Virus record (IMG/VR): IMGVR_UViG_3300018430_000021
Span: 96,001 to 160,000 of that record
DNA length: 64,000 nt
Direction: 5' to 3' (one strand)
DNA from: a virus
Lineage: Duplodnaviria; Caudoviricetes
Position numbers and translations under genes: made by a program. The notes under the pieces were generated by a model, which did no database searches, had not been told where the DNA came from, and saw only the letters and a program-made list of their open reading frames with translations. Positions 51,203-59,960 of this stretch are shown one piece after another. Position 1 is the first letter of the stretch. Each line of letters opens with the position of its first letter.

Positions 51203-52162
51203 ATGGAAAAATTTCTAACTAAGCTTTCCGGCGTTTGCTCAGCCGAGGACCTTAATGAAATCAAGCAGATTTTCGAGGCCGCGGTTGCTGAAAAGGTGGA
51301 AGCAGAAAAGGAAAAGATTGCCCAGGATCTCGCTAAGAAAGCCGATGAATTTTCACAGACAAAAATCAAAGAAGCCAAGGAACAGAATGCCGCTAAGGTA
51401 GAAGAAATGGCTAATGCTTGGTGTGCGGAACAGAAAGCACTTCTCGAAAAGGAAGCAAACGAAAAGGTTGAATCCTATAAGAAGAAGCTTGAAGACGCCT
51501 CCGAACAATATATCTTTGAATATTTTGAAAAGAAGTTCAAGGAAAAATACGGCGAAGAACTTGAAGCTCTCGAAGAAAAGGTTATTACTGGCCTTGACAA
51601 GTACCTCGAATATAATATCAATGAAAAGATTGACCCAAGCCTCATCAAGAAGCAGGCAATGACCGAAACCTACGCTCCTATCATTGATGGCATCAAGCGC
51701 CTCTTTGAAGAAGAGTATGTTCCGATGGATCTCTCTGGTTCCAAGAAGATTCGCGACATGAAGGCTGCAAATGCTGAACTCGAAGAATCCTTGAAGAAGC
51801 AGGTTTCCGAAAATATGCGTCTTGCTGAATTGGTTGAAATTTCCGGTAAGAAGTCTCTTATCGCTGAAAAGACTGCCAGCTTGAGCGTCGCAGAACGTGC
51901 AAAGGTTAAGAAGTTCTTCAAGGACAAGAGCCTCAATGAAACCAAGCGCGACATTGATCCTTATATCGAGATGGTTCAAGAACAGACAGAAAATTATGAA
52001 ACGGTCCGCCGTGAACGTGCTAAGCTCTTTGAGCAGCGTGAACGTCCGGTTCGCAAGTCTCGCTTTGTCGAAGACACTACTGCTGAAACATTGACTGAAC
52101 GTTTTAGAAAACAGGAACCTGAAGTTGATTCCACGACTGTCAGGGCTTCTCAGTTTTGCTAA
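51203..52162 (+). CDS. prohead core scaffold protein gp22
   Basis: IFEAAV...LDKYLEY coiled coil directly upstream of the MCP; GGAGG RBS before ATG 51203. Confidence 0.85.
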   Translation: MEKFLTKLSGVCSAEDLNEIKQIFEAAVAEKVEAEKEKIAQDLAKKADEFSQTKIKEAKEQNAAKVEEMANAWCAEQKALLEKEANEKVESYKKKLEDASEQYIFEYFEKKFKEKYGEELEALEEKVITGLDKYLEYNINEKIDPSLIKKQAMTETYAPIIDGIKRLFEEEYVPMDLSGSKKIRDMKAANAELEESLKKQVSENMRLAELVEISGKKSLIAEKTASLSVAERAKVKKFFKDKSLNETKRDIDPYIEMVQEQTENYETVRRERAKLFEQRERPVRKSRFVEDTTAETLTERFRKQEPEVDSTTVRASQFC

Positions 52163-52186
52163 TTACGAGAATTCCAAAAAAATTCA

Positions 52187-52194
52187 TATAAATA
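52187..52194 (+). promoter_or_regulatory. late promoter of the major capsid gene
   Basis: TATAAATA followed by an AGGAG RBS. Confidence 0.8.
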
Positions 52195-52227
52195 AAGTAT
52201 AAACGATTTTTATAGGAGAAACAATAA

Positions 52228-53547
52228 ATGAAAGTTACACAATCACAAGCTACTATGGTAGATACTTGGGCCAAGGCACCGGGCGGACTTTCCGTTGCTG
52301 GTATCAAGGACTCCCTTGTACGTTATAATACCGCACGTCTTCTCGAAAACCAGAAGACTAAGAATCTCGGTGCAGAACTTCTCACTGAAGATTTCACTCA
52401 GGGTGTAGGTGCTCCGCTTGGTCTCGACCAGGGTATTCCTCACGGTGGTGATGCTAAGGGCGTTTTCGCTCCGATTTCTCTCGCACTCGTCCGTCGTGTG
52501 TTCCCGCAGCTCTTCGCTAACGTTCTCGTTGGTGTTCAGCCGTTGATTGGTCCTGTCGGTCTTGCATTCGCACTCCGTTACATTTATAAGACAAATAACC
52601 CGAACGAACTCGTTGAAGCCGCATGGAAGGCAGTTCCTCGCTTCTCTGGTTATACCGGTTCTACCGCTAATACCAGTGGCGAATGGGATGCTGGTACCGG
52701 CGTTGACACTCAGTCCGCTGAAGGTTGGAAGATCACTGGCCCGACTTTTGGTTCTGATGACCCGTCTGTAAGCCGTAAGATGCCGGAAATCGGCCTTATG
52801 CTCAGCCGTCAGTCCATCGTTGCTAAGAGCCGTAAGCTCGCTGCTTCCTTCTCTCTTGAATCTGCTGCCGACATTAAGGCTATGCAGGGTATCGAAATGA
52901 TGACTGAAATGATTAACGTCCTCCAGGCTGAAATGACTGCTGAAATGGACCGTGAAACTATCGGTCGTTGTAAGGCTCTTTGCACACCGCGCGTGTTCAA
53001 CAAGTCTACAAAGACTCTTCAGGAAAACGATGCATTCATCGGCCGTAACTCCCAGGAACGTTTCGGTATGATTATTACCCACATCATGAAGGGTGTAAAC
53101 GACATCCGTACTGCTACTCGTCGTGGCGCTGCTAACATTGCAGTTGTTTCCCCGGACGTTGCTACTGTTCTTCAGTGCGCTAATCCTTGGTTCACCAAGA
53201 TTGCTCACGAAGTTAACGGTTCTGCTGTTACTCCGGAAATGGGTACTTTGAACGGTGTTGTTAAGGTCTTCTGTGACCAGTACGCTGTTGACGAATTCGG
53301 TCAGCACGATAACGGTGAAGTTCTCCTCGCATACAAGGGCTCTAGCCTCTATGATGCTGGTGTTATCTTCTGCCCGTACGTAACCGGTGTTGTCAACCAG
53401 GCTATTGACCCGAATGACTTCAGCCCTCGCGTTGGTATTATGAGCCGCTACGGCTTTGCTCATAATATGTTGGGCGCTGAAAACTACTACCGTCTCTTGA
53501 AGTTCAACGGCCTCTTCGCAGAAGCTGGTGAAGACCTCGAATGGTAA
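52228..53547 (+). CDS. major capsid protein gp23
   Basis: LLENQ, LVRRVFP...GVQP, AKSRKL, CPYV and F.PR.G.MSRYG motifs. Confidence 0.96.
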   Translation: MKVTQSQATMVDTWAKAPGGLSVAGIKDSLVRYNTARLLENQKTKNLGAELLTEDFTQGVGAPLGLDQGIPHGGDAKGVFAPISLALVRRVFPQLFANVLVGVQPLIGPVGLAFALRYIYKTNNPNELVEAAWKAVPRFSGYTGSTANTSGEWDAGTGVDTQSAEGWKITGPTFGSDDPSVSRKMPEIGLMLSRQSIVAKSRKLAASFSLESAADIKAMQGIEMMTEMINVLQAEMTAEMDRETIGRCKALCTPRVFNKSTKTLQENDAFIGRNSQERFGMIITHIMKGVNDIRTATRRGAANIAVVSPDVATVLQCANPWFTKIAHEVNGSAVTPEMGTLNGVVKVFCDQYAVDEFGQHDNGEVLLAYKGSSLYDAGVIFCPYVTGVVNQAIDPNDFSPRVGIMSRYGFAHNMLGAENYYRLLKFNGLFAEAGEDLEW

Positions 53548-53572
53548 TTTCGGACAATTTGAAATAACATTT

Positions 53573-53603
53573 AAAAATGCAGGTGTAAAAACCTGCATTT
53601 TTT
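53573..53603 (+). terminator. terminator after the MCP gene
   Basis: aaaaatgcaggt-gtaaa-acctgcattttt. Confidence 0.8.
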
Positions 53604-53698
53604 ATTATAATTAAACAATTTCTTCCGGAAAAATTCTATAAATAAAATAGGTGTGAAGGAATTAATCTTCACATAGGAAAAATTAAGGAGAAATAATC

Positions 53699-54079
53699 AT
53701 GAAACGTAGAAATGATATTTACAACGTTGGTAACGATTACGATCAGGAAGTTTCTGCATACTTCGTAACTAATGATGACGATGCTGCACTTTCTGCAAAT
53801 GTCCCTGGTTACAAGGCATATTCTGATGGTTTGTACCACTTCACTAAGAAGCCGGCTTATGAACTTTCTGGTGGTGCTGACGCACTTAACAAGCGTGTTA
53901 TTAATAACCTTCCGCAGTCTCAGTGGGCTGTTCCTGAGTTCCTCAAGGATGCTGACCCGTCTGCAGCTTCTGCTTGGGCACCGATTAACGCTGGTTCTGC
54001 TGTTTTGAGCCCGGACTATGCTACTGTTGAAAATCCTCAGGTTTTCGACTGGGCTAATGCTCCGATCACCAAGAAGTAA
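53699..54079 (+). CDS. small, probably abundant virion protein (candidate capsid decoration)
   Basis: Own late promoter at 53637-53644, AAGGAG RBS, MCP-like codon bias, adjacent to the MCP. Confidence 0.6.
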   Translation: MKRRNDIYNVGNDYDQEVSAYFVTNDDDAALSANVPGYKAYSDGLYHFTKKPAYELSGGADALNKRVINNLPQSQWAVPEFLKDADPSAASAWAPINAGSAVLSPDYATVENPQVFDWANAPITKK

Positions 54080-54103
54080 TCGTAACTGATTAGCAAACAA
54101 TTT

Positions 54104-54132
54104 AAAAAGAGGTTCCTTTGGGACCTCTTTTT
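54104..54132. terminator. bidirectional terminator
   Basis: aaaaagaggttcc-tttg-ggacctcttttt (imperfect stem). Confidence 0.7.
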
Positions 54133-54415
54133 AATCTAATACAGAAAGTATATTTTCGACTTCTTGATTTTTGAAATGAACGTAAGCTTTTCCAGCTTTT
54201 TCCAGTTCATCTTCAAATTCGTCTTTATTGTATTTAAAATTTTTGAAATATTTATTATCACCGTCTTGATAACTGAATCTACATAAAGGTTCAGAACCAT
54301 AGAAAGAGAAAGTTCCGACAATAAAATCCTCAGCCATACCGAAATAAACCATATGGTCAGACATAGGATTGAAGTAAATCCTATGCGATTTGAGCATTTT
54401 AATTACTTCGTCCAT
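54131..54415 (-). CDS. hypothetical protein
   Basis: CATAAATA-N4-ATG start. Confidence 0.65.
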   Translation of the reverse strand: MDEVIKMLKSHRIYFNPMSDHMVYFGMAEDFIVGTFSFYGSEPLCRFSYQDGDNKYFKNFKYNKDEFEDELEKAGKAYVHFKNQEVENILSVLD

Positions 54416-54476
54416 TTAGTATTTATGAAAAAACCAGACCTCGGGGCCTGGTTTGAATTTTTATTTGAAAATTCGA

Positions 54477-55043
54477 TTAGTGAAGAGCCATACCTTCGCC
54501 AGCGAACATTGCATTTGAAATGGTGAAAAGTGCATTAGTTTCAGTTTTACACTTCTTCATACGAATTGCAAACTTATTGTAATATTCAGGACTTACACCC
54601 TTGCCGATACATTCACGGACTTCTTCAAGGAATTCTGCGATTGCAGCCTGAAGACCGACCTTGGCAGAAAGAGTTAAGAAATATGCGTTATTAAGATACT
54701 TTTCGCAAATGCTTGTGAAGAGTGTACCTTCAGCAGTACCGAATCCTTCTTTGATTACTTTAAAACCGGCTTTTTCAGCAACTTCTTTAGCTTCTTCGAG
54801 TTTAGCCCAAGGCGGAACCTTGTCATCACCCTTTTTGCCTTCGTTGAGTTTAGCCCAAGGCGGAACCTTATCACCGTCTTTCTTACCTTCGTTGAGTTTG
54901 GCCCAAGGTGGAACCTTGTCTCCGTCCTTTTTGCCTTCATCGAGCTTAGCCCAAGGTGGAACCTTGTCATTGCCGCCTTTCTTGGTTCTAGCAACAGTAA
55001 ATCCATGTTCTTCGGCAATCTGTTTAGCTTCAAATAAGTTCAT
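54477..55043 (-). CDS. repeat-containing protein; candidate head-internal peptide precursor
   Basis: Four DKVPPWAKLxE repeats; AGGAG RBS. Confidence 0.75.
   Translation of the reverse strand: MNLFEAKQIAEEHGFTVARTKKGGNDKVPPWAKLDEGKKDGDKVPPWAKLNEGKKDGDKVPPWAKLNEGKKGDDKVPPWAKLEEAKEVAEKAGFKVIKEGFGTAEGTLFTSICEKYLNNAYFLTLSAKVGLQAAIAEFLEEVRECIGKGVSPEYYNKFAIRMKKCKTETNALFTISNAMFAGEGMALH
54792..54968 (-). repeat. 48-bp (16-aa) coding tandem repeat, about 3.7 copies
   Basis: gcccaagg(c/t)ggaacctt recurs every 48 nt, with third-position variation. Confidence 0.9.
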
Positions 55044-55092
55044 AAAATCTCCTTAAAATCTTTACTGTATTTATATTATTTATAAATATTTT

Positions 55093-56775
55093 ATGGCACT
55101 AGGCGATTTTAGAAAGATATTTGAGAAGACAGAAGTCATAAAACAAGCTACAGTAGAAGAAGTTAAAAAAGCATTTGAAAAGTTGCCAAATGCTAATATA
55201 CAGTATTCATTACCTGGTGAAAGAAAAGCTCGTAGAAGCGATGGTTTTGAACATTTAACAAAGACGGTTGACCTTTCAAAATATACAGTAATTGAATTTA
55301 CTGCTGAAAGAAATGCTGATGACGCAGGTATTACAAATAGCCGTTATAATATGAAACAAGTAAAGGCATTTATAAATTCACAAAACAATATAGAAGCTTA
55401 TGAAAAGAGCGTTTTGGAATTTTTAGGTGCAAATGCGTTAATGATTAAAAATAAGCCAGTAAAATCTGGTGAAATTGATATGTACCCATTAAATGTTGGG
55501 AATAAAGTTTTATATTCTACAGCACCTTGGTATTTACGTGGTCACGGTATTGCAGCAGCAATGCGTTCTACAAATACTGAAATTCAAGAAGCAGGTCAAG
55601 CAGTTGGTTTATTTACCGCTTATATGATGGATAGTAAAAGCGATGAAATTGACATTAGACATTTGAACTCTTTTGAAAATAGATTCCATTTTTCATTGTA
55701 TAATAATAAAAGGCGAGTAATGAATTTGCTTGAATGGTATATTTACAATTTCCATGGAGCAGTTGAAAAGTGTGTAGACGGTGGTGCTAAAGTATTTGCC
55801 GGATTACGTAATCCATTGACGATGCATCTTTCAGATATATCTTGTGAAGCCGGACATAAAATTGCAGAAAGCGGAATTGGTCCAAATATTCGTTCTGTAT
55901 TTAATGAACTGAATAAGAAACAAGAAAGAAAATTTAAAAATATAAACTCCTGGTGCCCTGCAGATATTGTAGTTTATGATGAAAGTTTGAAGAGAGAAAT
56001 GAAACCTTCTAACTTTGCTGATATTGATGAATATACTAAATGGCTTAATCGACAGACTGAAACAAACAGATTAAGACTTATTTCGTTGAAACTAAATACT
56101 TCCCGTTGGGACAACGTTATTTCACGAACAAGCGTTTCGGATAAAAAGAGAATGCCTGAAATATTGGATAAGAAATGGGAAGTTAACAAAGGTAATATTT
56201 ACCTTTATGTTCATCTAAATGAAGATGGAATTAAAATAACAGATAAAAATCAAGGTAATGTTATTAGGCTTAAGTTTACGGTTTTCGATAATGATAAAGG
56301 CGCAAGTATAGAAGCTGATTATCTTAATACTAAGCAAGTTCATTTTAATTTTGAACGTGAAATTCTTGTAGAGAATTTTAATCGTAAAGAAAATACTCAG
56401 ACTATGCTTGGTAAGGCTCGAGATACGTTAAACTATTATTTGGCCAAGAAAAAGATTGATACTATTGATGACGTTAATTTTGTATGGCCGGATCAGTTTA
56501 AAGAATTGTTACATACAGATGCAGTAGACGCGTTTAATGCAAGAACGACAACCAAACCATCATTGAAACGAAATACTGAAAAACTTGTATTGCGTGATGA
56601 AATTATGAAACTATATTCTGACTGGTTGAACAAGATGCGTAAGTTCTGTTTGTATAGAGGAGAACAGGAAGTAAATAAGTCTATAGATGAGTTTATTCTT
56701 TATACGATATATGCCGGAAAGAAAGAAAATTTCCAGGATATGGATTTCTTCCCTAAATATTATAAAATTGGATAA
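55093..56775 (+). CDS. hypothetical protein, possible PD-(D/E)xK-like fold
   Basis: QE...WCPADIVV...LISLK arrangement; TATAAATA-N4-ATG start. Confidence 0.6.
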   Translation: MALGDFRKIFEKTEVIKQATVEEVKKAFEKLPNANIQYSLPGERKARRSDGFEHLTKTVDLSKYTVIEFTAERNADDAGITNSRYNMKQVKAFINSQNNIEAYEKSVLEFLGANALMIKNKPVKSGEIDMYPLNVGNKVLYSTAPWYLRGHGIAAAMRSTNTEIQEAGQAVGLFTAYMMDSKSDEIDIRHLNSFENRFHFSLYNNKRRVMNLLEWYIYNFHGAVEKCVDGGAKVFAGLRNPLTMHLSDISCEAGHKIAESGIGPNIRSVFNELNKKQERKFKNINSWCPADIVVYDESLKREMKPSNFADIDEYTKWLNRQTETNRLRLISLKLNTSRWDNVISRTSVSDKKRMPEILDKKWEVNKGNIYLYVHLNEDGIKITDKNQGNVIRLKFTVFDNDKGASIEADYLNTKQVHFNFEREILVENFNRKENTQTMLGKARDTLNYYLAKKKIDTIDDVNFVWPDQFKELLHTDAVDAFNARTTTKPSLKRNTEKLVLRDEIMKLYSDWLNKMRKFCLYRGEQEVNKSIDEFILYTIYAGKKENFQDMDFFPKYYKIG

Positions 56776-56779
56776 AAAT

Positions 56780-56807
56780 AAAAACCAGGTTATTCACCTG
56801 GTTTTTT
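56780..56807. terminator. bidirectional terminator
   Basis: aaaaaccaggt-tattc-acctggttttt. Confidence 0.8.
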
Positions 56808-56822
56808 AAATTATAATCAAGA

Positions 56823-58091
56823 TTACATCTTGCTGTACTTGATTCCCTTTGCGTCGAGGAATGTAGTAATCTTTGCAATATCCTTTTCAGACATGCCAGT
56901 GATTGTGACAGATTCACCTTCATCGTCGATAGCAATATCAGCATTCGAACGAGAATTAGTGAGCGTAGCCTTTCTGACCATTGCATTGGTAAGCTTAGCA
57001 CCAATTCCGAAAGAAGCACTGTCAAATGCGAGAGTAACGGGAACCTTCTTACCAGAAGAAGAGGCAGCAGCTGTAGCCGGAGATTCACCTTTGGCAATCT
57101 TGTCAACAACAGCAGTTACACCGCCAGATTTTTGATTACCGTTCGGAGTCAAAAGACTTACAGTATCGACCTTATCGTTTTCGATAACGCCCATATTCTT
57201 AAGTTTGTCAACCATGACAGTTGCAAATTCATTGTGGCTGCTTATACCGCAAAGCATGGAACCATCTTCCAAAGTCTTTGTCGGGAATTCTGTGCTAGAG
57301 CCCCAACCGATTTTCTTTGTATTGGTATGTCCGTTTTCGTCGGTAACTTCAGTTTCGACACCGCCATACCAGTTACATTTGCTAATGAAGGCGCGAGCTT
57401 CCTTAACCTTGTCGGCAGGAACTGTGAAAACGTAACCCTGAGGCTGAATATAGCCAGGAGTTCCCTTACCACCCTTCTTGGAACCGTCACGAAGAACGGA
57501 AGTAGGAGCGAGGTCACTATTCTTCAAGATTTCACCGAATTGTTCGAGCTGAGATCCCTTTACAACGAGAGCGTCATGAGCTTCATTCTTCCAGTAAACC
57601 ATTGCATAACGAACGCAGTTTTGAGCAAGGTCATGAAGTGTTTTTGCAATCTTGGAGAAGTTCGGAGTACCAGTTTCCAAGCTCTTCATGAGATCCTTGT
57701 CGGTCTTGATTGTCATGTTGATTTCATCCTTACCGTCGATTGCATACACGATAGTAAATGGACGAATATCGGTAATGGTTGTAGAACCATGAGCAATTTC
57801 AGATTTTAAGCGACCTTCATAGAAAAGAGCCAACTGTGTCGGACGTTGACCCTGAACGCCGTTGTTATTTGTAGACCAGTTCTTGAAACGAATTGTCGAG
57901 AAGTAGTTACCAATATGTGACGGAATAAGATTACCGTCATTTGTATGTGCACTATTGAAATGAATACTTACGGCCCATTTCATTACCTTAACCCAGTTGG
58001 GTTCATGGGTCATGGCTTCCATGATATTATCGTAAGCTTCATCCTGAGTAAACACGATATTGCTGTCATCAGTTTTGAATAAATGTTCCAT
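56823..58091 (-). CDS. hypothetical protein
   Basis: 422 aa; late promoter at 58121-58128. Confidence 0.7.
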   Translation of the reverse strand: MEHLFKTDDSNIVFTQDEAYDNIMEAMTHEPNWVKVMKWAVSIHFNSAHTNDGNLIPSHIGNYFSTIRFKNWSTNNNGVQGQRPTQLALFYEGRLKSEIAHGSTTITDIRPFTIVYAIDGKDEINMTIKTDKDLMKSLETGTPNFSKIAKTLHDLAQNCVRYAMVYWKNEAHDALVVKGSQLEQFGEILKNSDLAPTSVLRDGSKKGGKGTPGYIQPQGYVFTVPADKVKEARAFISKCNWYGGVETEVTDENGHTNTKKIGWGSSTEFPTKTLEDGSMLCGISSHNEFATVMVDKLKNMGVIENDKVDTVSLLTPNGNQKSGGVTAVVDKIAKGESPATAAASSSGKKVPVTLAFDSASFGIGAKLTNAMVRKATLTNSRSNADIAIDDEGESVTITGMSEKDIAKITTFLDAKGIKYSKM

Positions 58092-58206
58092 TTTAAATCC
58101 CTTTTTATGATTTTATATATTATTTATAAGGCAAATCCGCATTAAAATCTTCGGAAAAATTGTAAAAATTCTATAAATATAGTAAACAACATTGGAGATT
58201 TTAATT

Positions 58207-58875
58207 ATGGAAGCAAAAAAGCTATTGTGCGAAGAAGCTTGCGCCGAAGCAAAATCAGTGCTTGAAGACGCTGGCAATAATATGAAGACTATGTATATCA
58301 GTGGTCCGTTCATGATGGCTGAAGAAGTAAACCGTAACGGTCGTACTTATTCTAAGGCAATTATTGAACGTGAAGTTAACAAGTTCCAGAAGCTCATCGA
58401 ATCCCGTGAAGCTCTTGGAGAATTGAACCATCCTGAGACAATCGAAATTAACCCTCGTGAAGCTGCAATTATGATTACAGACCTTCACATGGACGGAAAC
58501 CTCGCAATGGGTAAGGCAAAGGTTTTGCATACTCCAAACGGTAAGCTCCTTGAATCCCTTTTGCTCGACGGTGTTCGTATGGGTGTTTCTTCTCGTGGTA
58601 CCGGTAATTTGACAGAAGGCAATATGGTTGCAGACGACTATAATCTCGTAACTATCGACTCTGTTTATATGCCATCCGCTCAGGTCGCTTATACTGACGC
58701 AATGTACGAATCTGTACAGTACGTTTCTAAGTGGGTTCTTAATGAAAATACTGGACTTTTCATTGAACAGCGTGAAAAGATTATCAACGGTCAGAAGGCT
58801 TTCAATAAGGAAGTCGATAAGAAGGGTTCTAAGGCCATTGTAGAAGCTCTTAGAGAGTTCATTAAGACATTCTAA
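58207..58875 (+). CDS. prohead core protease gp21
   Basis: ISGPFMMAEEVNRNGRTY, ALGELNHP, TPNG and GVSSRGTG motifs; GGAG RBS before ATG 58207. Confidence 0.95.
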   Translation: MEAKKLLCEEACAEAKSVLEDAGNNMKTMYISGPFMMAEEVNRNGRTYSKAIIEREVNKFQKLIESREALGELNHPETIEINPREAAIMITDLHMDGNLAMGKAKVLHTPNGKLLESLLLDGVRMGVSSRGTGNLTEGNMVADDYNLVTIDSVYMPSAQVAYTDAMYESVQYVSKWVLNENTGLFIEQREKIINGQKAFNKEVDKKGSKAIVEALREFIKTF

Positions 58876-58894
58876 TAAAAGATACTAGGTAAAC

Positions 58895-58924
58895 AAATAA
58901 GGGTCCCAGAGGCCCTTATTTTTG
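58895..58924 (+). terminator. terminator between the protease and terL-N genes
   Basis: aaataagggtc-ccaga-ggcccttattttt. Confidence 0.7.
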
Positions 58925-58970
58925 CAATTATTCAGACATAAATAAGATATAAGCTATGAAGGAGTAAACT

Positions 58971-59930
58971 ATGTTCCAAGGAACCGACACACTTAGAGGC
59001 CATAATGAAAATGTGGAAATGACCCAGGAGCAGTGGGCGGAATACGAGAAGTGTTCAAAAGATATTTTCCATTTTGCTAATTACTTTTATATTTTGACAG
59101 AAGACGGTGAATTGCCGATTAAGTTGAGAGAATATCAAGAACGTCTCATCAAGGTAATTTGCGGAACTTATTTCATGCGTAACGATGACGGAACCATAAT
59201 GACGGATTCCAAGGGTGAAAAAGTTTTAAGAAATAACAGAATTATTACCGTGGGTCGTCAGGCTGGTAAGACTACTATCGCGACGCTTTATATTTTGTGG
59301 TATGCGCTTTTCCATAAGGACAAGACTATTGCTGTTCTGGCTAACAAGGAATCACAAGCTATTGAAATTATGCTTCGTATTCGTGCAGCAGTTCTGAGAC
59401 TTCCTATGTGGTTACAGCAGGGTATCAATCCGGACCGCGGTGGCTGGTCTCAGAAATCAATAGGATTTGATAACGGTTGCAAAATTTTCTGTGCTGCTAG
59501 TTCGTCTTCTGCTATTCGTGGTAAATCCGTTGACTTGATGCTCGTGGACGAATTTGCTCACTTGCCGGAACAGGATGCTGACGATTTTATGATGTCGGTT
59601 ATTCCGACACAGGCTTCTCGTAAGACAAGTATGTTGATTCTTATTTCAACGCCTAAGGGTATGAACCAGTTCTATAAGATTTGGCAGAGTGCTCTTGCTG
59701 GTATCAATACCTTTGTTCCTGCAAAGATTGCATGGAATGAAATCGACGGTCGTGATGAAACATTCAGGAAGAAAGTTATTCGTGACCATGGTATTAAGTT
59801 CTTTAACCAGGAATATGCTTGCTTGGATCCGAATGAAGAAATTACTGTCCAGGACGAGGCCACAGGTATTGTTTTAACTGACAAAATTGGCAAAATTTTC
59901 GAATTATGGCAAGACGGTTTCCTTAAATAA
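58971..59930 (+). CDS. terL: terminase large subunit ATPase half (283 aa) fused to a 36-aa N-terminal split-intein fragment
   Basis: LREYQ, Walker A GRQAGKTT, Walker B LVDEFA, ISTPKG, then FFNQEYA|CLDPNEEITV...GFLK-stop; no nuclease domain. Confidence 0.92.
   Translation: MFQGTDTLRGHNENVEMTQEQWAEYEKCSKDIFHFANYFYILTEDGELPIKLREYQERLIKVICGTYFMRNDDGTIMTDSKGEKVLRNNRIITVGRQAGKTTIATLYILWYALFHKDKTIAVLANKESQAIEIMLRIRAAVLRLPMWLQQGINPDRGGWSQKSIGFDNGCKIFCAASSSSAIRGKSVDLMLVDEFAHLPEQDADDFMMSVIPTQASRKTSMLILISTPKGMNQFYKIWQSALAGINTFVPAKIAWNEIDGRDETFRKKVIRDHGIKFFNQEYACLDPNEEITVQDEATGIVLTDKIGKIFELWQDGFLK
59820..59927 (+). mobile_element. IntN fragment of an atypically split TerL intein
   Basis: CLDPNEEITVQDEATGIVLTDKIGKIFELWQDGFLK: block-A-like CL...I.V followed by I..I(F/Y), then a stop. 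Confidence 0.85.
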
Positions 59931-59960
59931 TACTATAAATATATTAAGGAAAATTGCTAG

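Noticed and set aside
52243-53598. 451-aa antisense ORF over the MCP (also 41191-42306, 21555-22307, 51353-51979, 47723-48511 and others)
   Set aside because: These are shadow ORFs produced by the codon bias of strongly expressed genes; they have no RBS, promoter or recognisable motifs.
54792-54968. CRISPR-like array
   Set aside because: It is an in-frame 48-nt coding repeat with synonymous variation and no unique spacers.
59820-59930. terL as a truncated pseudogene or frameshift
   Set aside because: The post-QEYA sequence is an intein N-fragment, and a matching C-fragment with the continuation of TerL is present at 427-1.
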